Position numbers and translations under genes: made by a program. A stretch of DNA of 26,462 bases from a virus (lineage: Duplodnaviria; Caudoviricetes), in the IMG/VR virus record IMGVR_UViG_3300020043_003758, positions 1 to 26,462 of that record; one strand, 5' to 3'. Shown here one piece after another: positions 25,206 through 26,462 of the stretch. Numbering within the stretch: position 1 is the stretch's first letter; each line of letters starts with the position of its first letter. Below the pieces are notes generated by a model that saw nothing but the letters and a program-made list of their open reading frames with translations, searched no databases and was not told where the DNA came from.

Positions 25206-25601
25206 ATGACACGCGAACAAATCGAACAGCAACTAAGGCTTGACAATCCGACAACAACGGATGATGCGGGCAATCGTCATGGGCCTGGCTCGGAGGTGTA
25301 TGAAGCAGCGATTCAGCGTTGGGCGGATGCGATGGAGAATGCCGTGAAACCTCCGTTGGCAGCCGCAGAAAACTATCAAGTGCGCGCCTGGATGATCCGT
25401 GGCGGCATGGACCCCGACCTTGTGCCAGCCATCATCGCGCAAGTGGTGCCCGATGGCCCGCAGCGCAAAGAAGCCCTGATGCGCTGGGACTACGCCGTTC
25501 GCATCCCGCGCGACTTCCCGCTGGTCGATGTGATCGGCGCTCAGATGGGGCTCACTCCAGAACAAATCGACGCGGCATGGCCTGAAATCTTAACCCTGTA
25601 A
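25206..25601 (+). CDS. Tail-fibre-associated (chaperone-like) protein, 131 aa
   Basis: Follows the fibre. QVRAW...G.....V, A..RWDYA..I.R..PLV..IG..MGLT.EQID pattern typical of genes downstream of fibres. Confidence 0.55.
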   Translation: MTREQIEQQLRLDNPTTTDDAGNRHGPGSEVYEAAIQRWADAMENAVKPPLAAAENYQVRAWMIRGGMDPDLVPAIIAQVVPDGPQRKEALMRWDYAVRIPRDFPLVDVIGAQMGLTPEQIDAAWPEILTL

Positions 25602-25605
25602 CCTT

Positions 25606-25890
25606 ATGGCTGAACCCTTCCTCACCTTCCTCAAGCGCCTCGGACTCAGCCCCGCTTCTCTCATCGCAGGCGTGGCGTTTGCTGGGGCGTGGTATCAGAC
25701 CATCAGCCCGATCCCGGCAGAGATGGCCAAGCTGAACGACAACGTGCAGCGGCTGGGGACGAAGGTGGAGATCCACTCGGTGCTCATCGGGCAACTGGCG
25801 GAGATCAAGACGGAGGTGACGGCCATGCGCAAGGAACTCAGCACCGTGGAGGGCAGGCTGGCCCACCTCAAAAACTTCTCTACCCCATGA
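25606..25890 (+). CDS. Small membrane protein with one TM helix and coiled coil (lysis-module, holin-like), 94 aa
   Basis: Hydrophobic ASLIAGVAFAGAWY followed by heptad-like C-terminus. Confidence 0.55.
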   Translation: MAEPFLTFLKRLGLSPASLIAGVAFAGAWYQTISPIPAEMAKLNDNVQRLGTKVEIHSVLIGQLAEIKTEVTAMRKELSTVEGRLAHLKNFSTP

Positions 25891-26270
25891 ACCTTTCCGA
25901 TGTCCTGGCACGACGCCAGAAACGCAACCCTAACACCCTCAAGCTCAAACCTATGGACTACCTCATGAACATTCTCTGGAACTTCCTCCGGCCCAAGCTG
26001 GTGAATTTCAAAACCACCATCGCCGGAGTCGGCTTGATCCTGCTGGGACTGAGCACCGGCTGGAAGGAGCTGGAAGCCCTGGTCGTCGGTGGCGTGCCTA
26101 ACATGGAGATCCTCACCATGGCCGGCACGAACCTGCTGGCAGGCTGGGGGCTCATTACCGCGCGGGATGCTGACAAGACCACCCTGGCCAGTGTGGGCCG
26201 CGAGGTGATGAGCAGACAAGGCGCCGTGGTGCTGCCCGTCAACGACCAACGGAAGGAGGGCGGGCGATGA
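25887..26270 (+). CDS. Putative holin (2 TM); alternative starts at 25953 and 25965
   Basis: NFKTTIAGVGLILLG ... LLAGWGLITARDA motif of small phage holin-like proteins. ATGA overlap at 25887. The ORF-track start 25689 overlaps the previous gene and is unlikely. Confidence 0.6.
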   Translation: MNLSDVLARRQKRNPNTLKLKPMDYLMNILWNFLRPKLVNFKTTIAGVGLILLGLSTGWKELEALVVGGVPNMEILTMAGTNLLAGWGLITARDADKTTLASVGREVMSRQGAVVLPVNDQRKEGGR

Positions 26271-26462
26271 AAGAGTGGCTCATCAAACACCTGATTCTGT
26301 GGCTGGCCAGCCTGACTGCCGACCACTGGGAAGCCGCGCTCGAGGCCGTGCGCGTGGCCGCCCTGCGCTACACCCAACTGACCGGAGAGCAGCGCAAGCA
26401 GTATGTCATCGACACACTGAAACTTACCTGGCCCGCGCTCAGCAACTGGGCTGCAAACTTGC
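26267..26462 (+). CDS. Hypothetical lysis-module protein, truncated by window end (MKEWLIKHLILWLASLTADHWEAALEAVRVAALRYTQLTGEQRKQYV...)
   Basis: ATGA overlap, AAGGAGG about 7 nt upstream, frame open to the edge. Confidence 0.65.
   Translation, partial: MKEWLIKHLILWLASLTADHWEAALEAVRVAALRYTQLTGEQRKQYVIDTLKLTWPALSNWAANL

Noticed and set aside
209-26377. Numerous long minus-strand and alternate-frame ORFs in the ORF track
   Set aside because: They are shadows of the densely packed + strand genes, expected in GC-rich DNA with strong codon bias, and show no motifs or start contexts.
23053-26462. Diversity-generating retroelement, considered because of BPP-1-like head genes
   Set aside because: No reverse transcriptase and no template/variable repeat pair differing at adenines is visible in this window.

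Overview
One co-oriented (+ strand) virion morphogenesis region of a tailed dsDNA phage with podovirus (T7/BPP-1-like) organisation. Gene order: large terminase (5' end at or beyond the window edge), conserved hypotheticals, portal, Bbp19-like protein, scaffold, major capsid, probable capsid decoration protein, tail adaptor (tubular A), nozzle (tubular B), cupin-like protein, three internal/ejection proteins (the last 2271 aa), collagen-like and Gly-rich fibre proteins, a fibre chaperone-like protein and holin-like genes. All product calls come from motif recognition and gene order, not database searches. Almost all genes lack Shine-Dalgarno sites and start in G-poor, C/A-rich contexts. The most striking unexplained signal is non-coding. 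Each of the two intrinsic terminators is immediately preceded by a G/U-rich 3'-UTR segment that is the exact reverse complement of the translation-start region of another structural gene: 7924-7939 vs 5307-5322 (16/16, scaffold) and 6260-6272 vs 22535-22547 (13/13, spanning the ATG of the collagen-like gene). This suggests a 3'-UTR antisense circuit that tunes virion protein stoichiometry. Other notable items: seven CBM5/12-like repeats inserted in the nozzle, an unannotated 55-aa gene bracketed by a perfect 20-bp direct repeat, a low-GC 94-codon cassette inside the giant ejection protein, an internal signal-peptide-like segment in the fibre, and strong GGCC avoidance that disappears in the lysis module.
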